DNA of 64,000 nt, taken from assembly GCA_965214605.1 (NCBI GenBank), contig OZ243961.1, positions 928,001-992,000 on the forward strand, written 5' to 3'. The stretch's first letter is position 1; every line of letters begins with the position of its first letter. The DNA comes from an uncultured Candidatus Binatia bacterium (lineage in GTDB: Bacteria; Desulfobacterota; Binatia; Bin18). Of this stretch, positions 19,195 through 29,029 are shown in pieces. The position numbers and the translations under genes are program-made. The notes under the pieces are model-generated. The model was not told where the DNA came from and made no database searches. It saw nothing but the letters and a program-made list of their open reading frames with translations.

Positions 19195-19639
19195 ATGGAA
19201 AACCATATCACGGTTCCGTCCGAAAGCAACGGGAGAGGTAGGACGCAGTCGACATTGCTTTCGCCATCAGCCTGGCAGGCCGTCGACCTGGCAGGTTTGG
19301 GGGAAGCCTGCTCCAGCTAGCAACAGGTCGGTCTGCGGATTGAGCTTCAGAACCTGGGCTTCTCTCAGCACACGATTCCGGAAGGCGGGATGCAGGGAAC
19401 AGTCCGTCATGGCATCCGCTCGCCGGCCGGGCAGCTCTTGAACGTGCATCAGCGCGCCGGGCGCCAAGCCTCTCTTGCCGGCCGGTAGCGCCACCACCGG
19501 ATCGAGATCGCTGCGTTTATCCGCGTCGCACCGCGCCATCCGGAACCACACTCGCGTCATGACCGAACATCGATGTCAAGTGTCGGCTTCACATGAAGAA
19601 CCACATCAAATCGCCCGCACCGGCCGCCGCGAATGTCCA

Positions 19640-20110
19640 CTTCGAAGCGGTCGCCGACGAGGTCTTCCTGCACTACGGCCGGTCCTAGAAACCGCGGACC
19701 GCCAAGGTCAATCGAGCCTACCTCCGCAACCAGATTCTGCCGTGGTTCCACGGGCGTCCGATCACGGACATTCCGCGCCAGGAAGTGCGCCGTTGGTTCA
19801 CCGCCCTCCATGCAACCCCAGCCGCCGCGAATCGCTCTCTGCCGATCCTCTCGGTCATCCTCCGCCAAGCGGAGATCTACGGTCACCAACCGGAGGGCAG
19901 CAATTCGTGCGCCGGTCTGCGGCGCTACCGGCAATTAGGACGCGAACGGTTCCTGACCGCGCAAGAGGTCCGCCGCTTGGGGGCGGCGCTCGCTTCACGG
20001 GAAGCCTCAATGCCGGTGCCTGCAGCGGCCGTCCGCCTGCTTCTGGTTACCGGTTGCCGCCAAGGCGAGATCCGGACGCTGTACTGGCGCGACTATCGAG
20101 AGGGCCATCC
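19640..20110 (+). pseudogene. Tyrosine recombinase/integrase fragment
   Basis: YLRNQILPWF...AANRSL...RERFLT..EVRRLG...RLLLVTGCRQGEI; internal stop, and the HxxR/Y catalytic half is absent. Confidence 0.85.
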
Positions 20111-20456
20111 GTTGGCCTACGCGAGATCCGAGCCGGTCTTGCGGAACAGGTCGGTGAACGTCGCCTGCGGGAGGAGCGGACCGAGTTGAAGGCCAAGGGT
20201 CTGATCGCGCCGGCCGGCCGTGGCACACGATGGACGCGATTGTAGCGGTGCTGGCCTATTTCAGCTTATTCCGGCCAATTCGCTCCAGCCCCAACCCACT
20301 CCTGCACCTCAACCCCCCGTCGCTAGCGGCTCGTGCAGCCGGCCGTCCGGGCCACGCTTGGGAGACATCGCAACAGAAAATAGGTAATAACACAGGCAAT
20401 ATCTGGTGTGTGTTCTGCATTAAGTCCATTTTTATAAATGGTTTATAAAATTAAAG

Positions 20457-20809
20457 TGGTGGAGGCGGCGGGAATCGAACCCGCGTCCGAGAGTAGTCCC
20501 CCTAAAGCATCTACATGCGTAGCTCGTATTTTGATCTCGCCTCAGTGTCTCCCACGAGCAGGATGCGCTAAGACCAGCCAGAAAAATTGTCGGGCTGACA
20601 TCTCCTGGTACGATGCCGACCGTATCCCGATTTGCGACGCCTTAGCCGGCCCTACGGGCACGGACCGGTAAGACGCTGGCCACACTAGGCAGCCAGGGCG
20701 TATTCAGAATCGTCTGCAGTTAAATTGCAGCCTGCCTGTTTTACGGGAAAGACAGAACCCCGGCACGCAGCTTTGGCTTTCCAGCCCCCGTCGAAACCAA
20801 GTCGCCCCC
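20457..20809 (-). ncRNA. ssrA: tmRNA; tag reading frame ADDSEYALAA* (20717-20685)
   Basis: 5' GGGGGCGAC...TTCGACG; 3' T-arm GGTTCGATTCCCGCCGCCTCCACCA; resume codon after TAACT; adjacent to smpB. Confidence 0.97.
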
Positions 20810-20835
20810 GTCTGGGATGTGGTCAGTGCGGCGTC

Positions 20836-21315
20836 CTAGCTAGCATCTCTGCGCATGGCTCGGGCTAGGTCGCGTTTGACCTCACGTTCACGGGCAGTGG
20901 CTCGTTTATCGTAGAGCTTCTTACCTTTGGCAAGCGCCAGTTCAACCTTGGCTTTACCATCTCTAAAGTATAAACGCAGCGGGACGAGGGTCAAGCCCTG
21001 CTCCTGGACCTTGCCCATCAGGCGCATAATTTCTTTCTTATGCAGCAGCAGTTTACGGGCTCGGGTAGGGTCGGTCTTGAAATGGTGAGCGGGTTCGTAG
21101 TGACTGATGTGGGCGTTGAGGAGAAAGGCTTCGCCACGGTTCACCCGGGCAAAGCTGTCGTTCAAATTGGCCCGCCCCTGACGGAGTGATTTGACCTCTG
21201 CACCGGTGAGGACGAGACCGGCCTCATACGTCTCTTCGATATGGTACTCAAACCGTGCCCGACGGTTGGCACAGATAAGTTTTTCACCCGGGGGAGTTTT
21301 TGCGTGTTTGGCCAT
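20836..21315 (-). CDS. smpB: SsrA-binding protein
   Basis: NRRARFEY, EAGLVLTGAEVKSLR, RKLLLHKKEI, GKKLYDKR. Confidence 0.98.
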   Translation of the reverse strand: MAKHAKTPPGEKLICANRRARFEYHIEETYEAGLVLTGAEVKSLRQGRANLNDSFARVNRGEAFLLNAHISHYEPAHHFKTDPTRARKLLLHKKEIMRLMGKVQEQGLTLVPLRLYFRDGKAKVELALAKGKKLYDKRATAREREVKRDLARAMRRDAS

Positions 21316-21350
21316 GGTAGAGCGATCAGTGCCCGGATTTTTTCCGCCCC

Positions 21351-22193
21351 TCAGCCGATCACGCGATTGTCGATCAGCCGCACGTCGCCGACCCAGGCGG
21401 CGATGGCCAACAGAGTCGGCCGGATTACTTCATCGACCTCTTCAAGCGTCTCCGGATCACACAGCGAGGCGTATTCCAGGCGCGTGTCGTCTGTAGCCGT
21501 GATCGTATCGCACACGACCCGTAGAATAGCCGCAGCCTGCCGTTCGCCCTGGCCGACCAACTCGTGGGCTTTGTTCAGTGCACTCGCAATACGCAGGCTG
21601 ATTTGTCGCTGGGCAGGACTGAGCCGTGCATTGCGAGAACTCATCGCCAATCCGTCCGACTCACGAACAGTTGGCAGGGCCACGATTTCCAGGTCAAAAT
21701 TCAGGTCCTTGACCATGCGTTTGATTACCACACACTGCTGGAAGTCTTTCTCGCCGAACAGGGCCATGTGTGGCTTGACCATGTTGAACAGCTTGGCCAC
21801 TACGGTCGTGACTCCGCGAAAATGTCCCGGTCGGTGGACACCACACAGCGGCTGACTGACCTTTTCAACCTCAACCGCGGTTTGATACCCCTCGGGGTAC
21901 ATCTCGGACGCGTCGGGGGTAAAGAGCACCTCGGTGCCAAGCTCGCTGAGCAAACGCCGATCCTGCTCATCATCGCGCGGATAGGACGCAAAATCGGACT
22001 GCTGGTTAAACTGCATAGGGTTGACAAAGATTGAGACTACGGTGGCGTCGCCCATTTTTTTGGCTTCCCGCACCAGGCTGAGGTGTCCTTCGTGCAAAAA
22101 GCCCATGGTCGGGACAAAGGCAACTTTTTTACCCGCCTGGCGCTGGGCGTCTGACCAGCGCTGCATCTCGGATACGCGGTGAATGATCTGCAT
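21351..22193 (-). CDS. panC: Pantoate-beta-alanine ligase
   Basis: VPTMGFLHEGH, RPGHFRGV, FGEKDFQQ, GLAMSSRN, RLIDN. Confidence 0.98.
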   Translation of the reverse strand: MQIIHRVSEMQRWSDAQRQAGKKVAFVPTMGFLHEGHLSLVREAKKMGDATVVSIFVNPMQFNQQSDFASYPRDDEQDRRLLSELGTEVLFTPDASEMYPEGYQTAVEVEKVSQPLCGVHRPGHFRGVTTVVAKLFNMVKPHMALFGEKDFQQCVVIKRMVKDLNFDLEIVALPTVRESDGLAMSSRNARLSPAQRQISLRIASALNKAHELVGQGERQAAAILRVVCDTITATDDTRLEYASLCDPETLEEVDEVIRPTLLAIAAWVGDVRLIDNRVIG

Positions 22194-22227
22194 AAGCTGT
22201 TCCTAATTTTGCGCCTGCTCTCCTGGC

Positions 22228-23052
22228 CTAATGGAAGGAGTGCTCGTCGAGCGGAAATGCTCCGCTCTGCACCTCTTCAATGTAGGCTCTGACGGCTTGG
22301 GCAATTATTCCCTGAAGGTCGGCGTATTGTTTCACAAATTTTGGGGAGAATTTTCCGCCGAAGCCGAGCAGATCATGGAGGACTAAAATCTGTCCGTCAC
22401 AGTAGGGACCGGCCCCAATGCCAATAGTCGGGATGGAGAGCCGCTCGGTTACCTCCTGGGCCAAATCGAGCGGTACGCCTTCGAGCACAATCGCAAAGGC
22501 CCCGGCATCCTCCACGGCTTGGGCGTCTTCTAGCAAACGCTCTCGGGCTCCGGGCCGACGCCCCGCCCTTTTCCCCTGGACCTTAAATCCCCCCATCCGG
22601 TGCACCGACTGCGGTGTCAGACCGATGTGTCCCATCACCGGGATATCAACATTGCTGATCGCCCGGATCACACGCTGTACGTTGATCCCGCCTTCGAGCT
22701 TGACCGCCTCAGCTCCCCCCTCTTTGAGTAAACGGCCGGCGTTGGCAATGGCCGCGCAGATTCCGGCCTGGTAGGTGAGAAACGGCATGTCGACCACAAC
22801 CAAAGCCCGTGGCCGGGCCCGGCTGACGAGCTTGGTGTGGTAGACCATCTCGTCCAGAGTCACCGGAAGGGTCGTATCAGCCCCCTGCACGGCAGTCCCC
22901 AGCGAATCACCAACTAGAATGAGGTCGATCCCACTCTCATCAACAATGCGGGCGAACGGATAATCGTAGGCGGTGAGAGCCGTGATCTTTTTGGCGGCCG
23001 TTTTAAGACGGTGGAGTTCGGGTACAGTGACCTTCGATGTGGCGTGTTGCAT
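22228..23052 (-). CDS. panB: 3-methyl-2-oxobutanoate hydroxymethyltransferase
   Basis: [34 protein letters not shown]; AAGGAGG RBS before ATG 23052. Confidence 0.98.
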   Translation of the reverse strand: MQHATSKVTVPELHRLKTAAKKITALTAYDYPFARIVDESGIDLILVGDSLGTAVQGADTTLPVTLDEMVYHTKLVSRARPRALVVVDMPFLTYQAGICAAIANAGRLLKEGGAEAVKLEGGINVQRVIRAISNVDIPVMGHIGLTPQSVHRMGGFKVQGKRAGRRPGARERLLEDAQAVEDAGAFAIVLEGVPLDLAQEVTERLSIPTIGIGAGPYCDGQILVLHDLLGFGGKFSPKFVKQYADLQGIIAQAVRAYIEEVQSGAFPLDEHSFH

Positions 23053-23094
23053 ACAGAAACCCTCCTTAATGGTCGAACCAAAGCCGGAGGGCTG

Positions 23095-23235
23095 GAAAGA
23101 AAACGAAGAAGAAGCCGAGGATACGGGTGCGCCACCAACAGGACTAGGGCACGACGGTCCGTACGCCTCCTCCTCCGTCCCCAGTATATTCCGACGGCCA
23201 TCCGTCTTGGTCCGATTGGATCCAAGCGGCCTTAT
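23095..23235 (-). promoter_or_regulatory. pan RNA motif and terminator-like structure in the panB leader
   Basis: Hairpin CCGCUUGGAUCC-AAUC-GGACCAAGACGG (23229-23202) with one bulged A on each strand, followed by a long stem and pyrimidine tract upstream of panBC. Confidence 0.8.
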
Positions 23236-23427
23236 GGCATATCCTTGCCGCCCTCTCAGTTCTCGCCGGGTCGATGACTTCACCGCCCGTTTCTCGTCCG
23301 CCCCTCGGTCAGACTATGAGAAGGACAACAAGAGACTCAACGCGCGTGCATATAGCATATTCTTTGAGCTGTTGTCTAGAGGGCTGAGGCGCTAGGCTTG
23401 CCCGCCCGGGCCTGCTAGCCTCATGCT

Positions 23428-24531
23428 ATGGATACGTCTGAGCAGCTAGGCCAGCTTTTTATGGTCGGCATTCCTCAGCTCGACCTTGATTCTCACACCC
23501 GTCAGCTCCTGCTCAATTTGCGCCCCGGCGGCGTCATTTTGTTTCGCCGGAATTACAGCGACCCTGAGACGCTGTCCGTCCTGTGCCGGCAGCTGCGCGA
23601 TCTGAACCCGGCCAATCCGCCGCTTATTGCCATCGACCATGAGGGCGGCCGGGTGCACAGGCTAGAGGCGCCGTTTACCCACTTCCCACCGGCCCGGCAG
23701 TTGATCCAAAACGGCCCACCTCGACCGGCCGAGGTGGTCTACCGAGTCGGACAGGCCATGGGACGAGAATTGCGGGCGGTGGGGATTGACCTCAATTTTG
23801 CCCCGGTGCTCGACGTGGTGACCAACCCCGATAATACCGTTATTGGGGATCGGGCGTTTGCGACCCAGCCGCAGCAGGTGGCAGTCCTAGGAAGCGCTCT
23901 GGCCCGCGGCCTGCGCGAAGCGGGCGTTATTCCGTGCGGCAAGCATTTTCCCGGTCATGGAGCGACGCACCTTGATTCACACCAAGACTTGCCCACCGAT
24001 GAGCGGGCGGCAGGCGTGCTTGAGCAGACCGATCTCATCCCGTTCCGCCAAGCCTGTACGGAACAGATTGAGATGCTCATGACGGCCCACGTCGTGTACC
24101 CGGCTCTTGATCCAGAGCGGCCGGCGAGCCTGTCAAGGCCGATTCTCACCGACCTGCTGCGCCACCGGCTCGGCTTTACCGGAATTGTGGTCAGCGACGA
24201 TTTAGAAATGGGGGCGATTGTCCGCCACGGCAGCGTTGAGCAAGCCGCGGTTGAGGCGCTGGCCGCGGGGGCTGACCTCCTCCTGGTGTGTCAGAGCACG
24301 GAACTCGCCGTGCAGGCCCGCAACGCCTGCCTGCGCGCGCTACACACCGGGCTTCTTTCCCGGCAGCGACTGGCAGACGCGTCCGGTCGGATTGCGACTC
24401 TTAAGCAGAAACCACGACAAGAGCGGCTGGCTTCACGCGAAGTCATCGGCTGTGCCGCCCATCGGCGGCTGGCAGAAGACCTAGCCGGCGCAGACAGCAG
24501 CGAGCCGCTCAGCGATCATTTTTTTGACTGA
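23428..24531 (+). CDS. nagZ: Beta-N-acetylhexosaminidase (GH3)
   Basis: [24 protein letters not shown]...[11 protein letters not shown]. Confidence 0.93.
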   Translation: MDTSEQLGQLFMVGIPQLDLDSHTRQLLLNLRPGGVILFRRNYSDPETLSVLCRQLRDLNPANPPLIAIDHEGGRVHRLEAPFTHFPPARQLIQNGPPRPAEVVYRVGQAMGRELRAVGIDLNFAPVLDVVTNPDNTVIGDRAFATQPQQVAVLGSALARGLREAGVIPCGKHFPGHGATHLDSHQDLPTDERAAGVLEQTDLIPFRQACTEQIEMLMTAHVVYPALDPERPASLSRPILTDLLRHRLGFTGIVVSDDLEMGAIVRHGSVEQAAVEALAAGADLLLVCQSTELAVQARNACLRALHTGLLSRQRLADASGRIATLKQKPRQERLASREVIGCAAHRRLAEDLAGADSSEPLSDHFFD

Positions 24532-25586
24532 CCATCTTTCACCACCCGCGGCAGGGATTTGGCATACGGGGCACGCACGATTCCACGCTCAGTAATAATC
24601 GCGCTGACCAGGGGATGGGGAGTGACATCAAAAGCCGGATTGGCGGCCGGTATATCGGTCGGAGCAATCTGTTGGCGAAAGATGTGGGTCACCTCACGCG
24701 CCGAGCGCTCTTCAATTGGAATATGCTCGCCGGATGGACAGGCGAGGTCGACCGAGGTGGTCGGCGCCGCAACATAGAAGGGCAGCGCATGGCGAGCGGC
24801 TAGCACCGCGTTGGTGTAGGTCCCGATTTTATTTGCCACGTCTCCGTTTGCCGCCGTCCGATCGGTTCCAACAATCACGCAGTCGATGGCGCCTTTTTGC
24901 ATAAAATGGCCGACCATGTTGTCGGTAATCAGGAGCGCTGGAATACCCTCCTTACTCAGCTCCCAGGCCGTGAGCCGAGCACCTTGTAAAAACGGACGTG
25001 TCTCGGGGACAAAGACCGAGATGTTTTTGCCCTGCTCCCAAGCAGCTCGAATCACCCCCAGCGCCGTCCCATAGCCGGCCGTGGCCAAAGCGCCGGCATT
25101 GCAGTGGGTGAGGACGGCTGCCTGGGGCGGAATCAGGTCCGCCCCGTAGCGGCCCAGGCGACGGTTGGCCTCAACATCTTCAGCATACATGGTCAAGGCT
25201 TCGTGTTCGAGCCGGTCGCATAAATGAGTCCGGCCAGCCTCATGGGTCTGAGCGTAGACGTCGCGCATCCGCTCAATCGCCCAAAACAGATTGACCGCGG
25301 TGGGGCGGGTTGCGGCAAAAATCCGGCACAGGCGATCAAACGTGGCGGGTCGGTCGCTGGTCTTGAGCTGGCGTACGCCAAGCGCCAGCCCCATGGCCGC
25401 AGCCACCCCAATAGCCGGAGCACCGCGGATAACCATGGTTCGAATGGCCCGAGCAACCCCCCGATAGTGGGTATAGGTCCGATAGATCTCGCGGGTCGGC
25501 AAAAAACGCTGATCAAGCATCATCACCGCCGCGGGTTTTCCGGCCCGCGGCGGCTGCCATGCGATGGTGAAAAAAGAGACCTTCAT
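24516..25586 (-). CDS. mtnA: S-methyl-5-thioribose-1-phosphate isomerase
   Basis: [52 protein letters not shown]. Confidence 0.97.
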   Translation of the reverse strand: MKVSFFTIAWQPPRAGKPAAVMMLDQRFLPTREIYRTYTHYRGVARAIRTMVIRGAPAIGVAAAMGLALGVRQLKTSDRPATFDRLCRIFAATRPTAVNLFWAIERMRDVYAQTHEAGRTHLCDRLEHEALTMYAEDVEANRRLGRYGADLIPPQAAVLTHCNAGALATAGYGTALGVIRAAWEQGKNISVFVPETRPFLQGARLTAWELSKEGIPALLITDNMVGHFMQKGAIDCVIVGTDRTAANGDVANKIGTYTNAVLAARHALPFYVAAPTTSVDLACPSGEHIPIEERSAREVTHIFRQQIAPTDIPAANPAFDVTPHPLVSAIITERGIVRAPYAKSLPRVVKDGQSKK

Positions 25587-25587
25587 A

Positions 25588-26205
25588 CTACACATCGGTC
25601 TGGGGATCAAAAAGCTGAACCCCGGTAGCCGGCTTCCAAGCCGCCACCGTTTGCTCATCCGGCAGGCGCTGAATCACAATCTCGCGGAACGGCTCGCCCG
25701 AGGCTTGAATGCGGACATTGGAGGTTTCTTGAGAGGTGTTGAGGACGTTGAGCGCTTGACCGGTCTTCAGCCAGGTATCGACGAACAGCTGGGCCAGGGC
25801 TTTTTGTCTGCTCTCAGACAGCATTGTCCATTTCTCGGTGACCTTGACCGTCAGCGCCGTTCCGTCAAGTTTGGCCTCTATCCCGTAGTAGATATCCGCC
25901 CACAGGCCCCCGGTCATTTGCGAATCCACCCGCTGCACGCATAGCCACAGGGCCTGTTGCCCGGCCGACAGCTCGGGAGGCGGTTGTGGCTCGGTCGCGA
26001 CGCTGGCTTTGGCCGGCTCGGGCGGCTCGGTGTCCTGGAACTGCTGCGGATTACGGTAGTACAGGACCGCCAGGACCAGCCCACAGACCACTAGAACCGG
26101 CGCCTTGCGCACGGCCGTGAAAAAGATTGAGGAAGCGGAGCGGATCAGCTTCAGGAACGAGGCCAGGACACTCGGCTCGGGCGACGGGGCCGATGGGGTA
26201 GTCAT
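25588..26205 (-). CDS. Hypothetical membrane-anchored protein
   Basis: Single TM segment, Pro-rich linker and globular C-terminus; directly upstream of mtnA. Confidence 0.7.
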   Translation of the reverse strand: MTTPSAPSPEPSVLASFLKLIRSASSIFFTAVRKAPVLVVCGLVLAVLYYRNPQQFQDTEPPEPAKASVATEPQPPPELSAGQQALWLCVQRVDSQMTGGLWADIYYGIEAKLDGTALTVKVTEKWTMLSESRQKALAQLFVDTWLKTGQALNVLNTSQETSNVRIQASGEPFREIVIQRLPDEQTVAAWKPATGVQLFDPQTDV

Positions 26206-26358
26206 GGGCCGCAGTTTAGCACAAGGCCACCCAGCGACAGAAGACCGTTCGGTTACACTGCGATTTTGCCTTGACTCGCCACCGGGCTCTGGCTATAGCT
26301 GGCCCACTATGTGACGCCCAGCCCTGACACGGCGGGCGTCTGAGAAAGGAGCACAGCG

Positions 26359-26892
26359 ATGAAACGTCTCCACCCCGGAGATCCTTTTCCCACCATCTCT
26401 GGTGCCAGCGTAGGCGAAGGGAGGGTCAATCTCCCGGTCGATATCTCTACCCCGTACGCTATCGTCTTGACCTATCGGGCTCACTGGTGACCGTTCTGTG
26501 ATCAGCAGTTGGCTGATTACCAGGCCAATCTTGATCAAGCCCGGGCCGCAGGAATCTCGGTCTACGCCATCTCGACCGATCCGCTCGACAAAGCCCAACA
26601 GACAGTCGATAAGTCGGGGCTGACGTTTCCGGTTGTGTATGGCGTCGACGGTCCGGCCACGGCCGCTGCCTTGGCCTGCTGGTATGAAGAGAAGCGCAAT
26701 ATCATCCAGCCGGCGGCGTTTATTATCGACCCCGACCGCAATCTCCTGAATGTGACCTATACCTCGGGTCCAATTGGTCGTCTGCAGATAAAAGACGCCC
26801 TGGGACTCGTGGCGTACTACGCGTCACAAAAGATCTCAGCCACAACGGTGGATCGAGAAAAAGGCTGGACGGCAAACGTAACCGGAGCCTAG
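26359..26892 (+). CDS. AhpC/TSA (peroxiredoxin-like) selenoprotein, UxxC motif, Sec at TGA 26488-26490
   Basis: AAAGGAG RBS; MKRLHPGDPFP...YRAHW-U-PFCDQQL is in frame with the downstream AISTD...PAAFIID ORF; SECIS-like hairpin follows. Confidence 0.88.
26498..26520 (+). promoter_or_regulatory. Putative bacterial SECIS hairpin
   Basis: GUGAUCAGC-AGUUG-GCUGAUUAC, 9-bp stem; loop starts 16 nt after UGA with G at loop position 2. Confidence 0.7.
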
Positions 26893-28052
26893 TCTCCCCA
26901 CAAGCGTTGGGTCGCAATTCGTGCCCCTTCGCTGCAGGCTTTCATTTTTGCCCACACGACACTGTCGGGCACGATCTCCAAGCCGGCAAAGGTACTAAAC
27001 CCGCAATCCGTGCCGGCAATGACCCGGCTGCGGTCGCCGACCGCTTCAACAACCTGACAGATGCGGTCGGCGACCCCTTCCGGGTGCTCGACATAGTTGG
27101 TCGTGGAATCGATCACTCCGGGAATCAGCAGCATGGAATCCGGGAGGGGATATTTTTTGAGGACTTTGTGTTCGTGCTGGTGGCGCGGGTTGGCCAGTTC
27201 TAGGGCCAGCGCGCCGACTTTGGCCTGATAGACGATGGGCAGGATATCTTCGAGCGGCACGTCGTAGGTATGCGGACCGTCGTAATTGCCCCAACACACG
27301 TGCAGGCGAATCCGGTCGGCCGGAATATTCTCGATCGCGAGATTCACCGCCGCAATATGGATCTCAACAATCTGCTGAAATTCCTGCAGCGACCTATCCT
27401 GAAACAAAAAAGTCCGCTCCATAGCCAGGTCTGGTGCGTCAATCTGGAGCACTAGCCCCTGAGAGTGGATGTATTCATACTCTTTCTTGAGCTGACGGGC
27501 GACGGCGAAGACGTATTGCTCATGGGAGTCGTAGTAGGCGTTGAGCATGGTCGTGGCCACAATGCCGGGAGAGGCTGCGGTCATAAAACATTCGGTGAAT
27601 GTTTGGGGCTGTTGATCAAGACAGCGGCGAAACAGCGCGCATTCTGCACGGACCGCGCTCAGATCATGATACTCGACTTCGGCAACCGCCTGCGGCGCGT
27701 TGAACATCTTGGCCCGCATCACATTCCGTTTCTGCAGCAAGGCGGCGAAATCGGGGAAGTCTTTCATATCCTGGGGGATCGGCCGTTTGCTCTCGCCACC
27801 AAAGCCCGTCATCCGTTGCGGCACATAGGTCTGAAAGCCGACCCGCGGCTGCTCACCGTCATTGGCGATATCAACCCCTGCTCCGGCCTGCTTTTGAATG
27901 ACGTGTTGGACGGCCAGCTCAGCCTGGCGATCGAGTTCGGCCAACTCCACCGGTTTGCCCTGCTCCTGGTCGATCAGCAGATCGGCCAGGGCGGCGCTGC
28001 GCGGAAGGCTACCGACGTGGGTGGTGAGCATACGAGAGTCGCTGGCACGCAT
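26889..28052 (-). CDS. Cobalamin-independent methionine synthase II / epoxyalkane:CoM transferase-like protein
   Basis: THVGSLPR, NDGEQ, LQIDAPDL, HVCWGN, GTDCGF Zn-ligand motifs; single-barrel length. Confidence 0.88.
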   Translation of the reverse strand: MRASDSRMLTTHVGSLPRSAALADLLIDQEQGKPVELAELDRQAELAVQHVIQKQAGAGVDIANDGEQPRVGFQTYVPQRMTGFGGESKRPIPQDMKDFPDFAALLQKRNVMRAKMFNAPQAVAEVEYHDLSAVRAECALFRRCLDQQPQTFTECFMTAASPGIVATTMLNAYYDSHEQYVFAVARQLKKEYEYIHSQGLVLQIDAPDLAMERTFLFQDRSLQEFQQIVEIHIAAVNLAIENIPADRIRLHVCWGNYDGPHTYDVPLEDILPIVYQAKVGALALELANPRHQHEHKVLKKYPLPDSMLLIPGVIDSTTNYVEHPEGVADRICQVVEAVGDRSRVIAGTDCGFSTFAGLEIVPDSVVWAKMKACSEGARIATQRLWGD

Positions 28053-28072
28053 CGAACACCTCCGAGGCTTCT

Positions 28073-28981
28073 TTATCTCTGGTGGTACAGCGGATGGCCC
28101 CGGAACGGAGTATGAACTCTGTTCATATGCTCGCCCTCGAGATTGGCCAGATACAAGGTCTGCATATCAGGCCCACCAAACGCACAGTTTGTCGGAAAAT
28201 TGAGTCTGGTGCTGTCCGGGTCGTCAATCAGCTCGGTCCATCTCCCGTTCGTATCAACCTTGATGACTTTGTTGCGGGGCTCTAGCTTGTCCGCGGTCGG
28301 TACGCCCGGCAGGGTGATGTACAGATTGCGGTCCACGTCAAAGGCCATGCCGTCGGGCAGAGCGGGGAACCCGTCGGCGTAGATCTCGGGTTTGCCAAAC
28401 GTCCCGTCTTTTTTAATCTGAATACGAACACAGTCGTTACGCGAACTCTCCAAGACGTACACGGCGTCTTCGTTGGGATCGATGGCCGTGCCGTTGGCAA
28501 AATAAATCCCGGTGGCAACAACCTCGCCCTGTCCGTCGGGTCGAATCCGCACCACCGCTCCATTGGGCTGAGGGTTGGAAAATTCCCCAAAGACTTTGCT
28601 GCCCTCCTGCGAGCTGGAATTGGAGACGTACAGATTACCCTCGGCGTCGTAACTGGCAAAGTTGGGGATGGAGATCGGCAAGTCGCCCGCCTGGTTGGCA
28701 ATCATGGAAACCTTGCCCTCTTCGGGCGAGAGACGCATGACCGCCTTATGGCGCAGGTCGCAATACACAAAATTCCCCTCGCGATCGAGCGTCACCCCGT
28801 TCGGAATAGCCCGGTCGGGTAACTGGGCCACCTCGTGGACCACCCCGTCGGGGCTGACCTTATACACCTGGCCGCGCCGCCCGCCGCCCCAGACATTTCC
28901 CTCTTTATCAACCACCACGCCTTCGGCGCGTAACACGCCTGAGCCAAAAATTTCGATCGATTCGGTGGGAATCGTTGCCAT
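28073..28981 (-). CDS. SMP-30/gluconolactonase family beta-propeller
   Basis: AEGVV, PNGVT, FANGTAI, LPDGMAFD, PTNCAFGG. Confidence 0.9.
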   Translation of the reverse strand: MATIPTESIEIFGSGVLRAEGVVVDKEGNVWGGGRRGQVYKVSPDGVVHEVAQLPDRAIPNGVTLDREGNFVYCDLRHKAVMRLSPEEGKVSMIANQAGDLPISIPNFASYDAEGNLYVSNSSSQEGSKVFGEFSNPQPNGAVVRIRPDGQGEVVATGIYFANGTAIDPNEDAVYVLESSRNDCVRIQIKKDGTFGKPEIYADGFPALPDGMAFDVDRNLYITLPGVPTADKLEPRNKVIKVDTNGRWTELIDDPDSTRLNFPTNCAFGGPDMQTLYLANLEGEHMNRVHTPFRGHPLYHQR

Positions 28982-29029
28982 TGTCCAGCCTCCTTATTTT
29001 GCGTGCTCCGGGAGATTGTCGCACCCGGA

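Larger units (their letters stand above)
1..20456. mobile_element. Defence/genomic island abutting the tmRNA 3' end (left boundary outside window)
   Basis: Defence, TA, IS and integrase fragments run continuously up to the ssrA 3' end. An AT-rich junction lies at 20375-20456 and housekeeping genes resume immediately beyond ssrA. Confidence 0.85.

Noticed and set aside
19640-20110. Functional integrase mobilising the island
   Set aside because: Internal stop, missing N-terminus and missing HxxR/Tyr catalytic region.
23053-23283. N-terminal extension of PanB given by the ORF track (similar extensions on mtnA, caiB, the ATPase and acr3)
   Set aside because: A strong RBS sits at the internal ATG of panB and the extension overlaps the pan RNA leader; the other extensions overlap neighbouring genes or lack family similarity.
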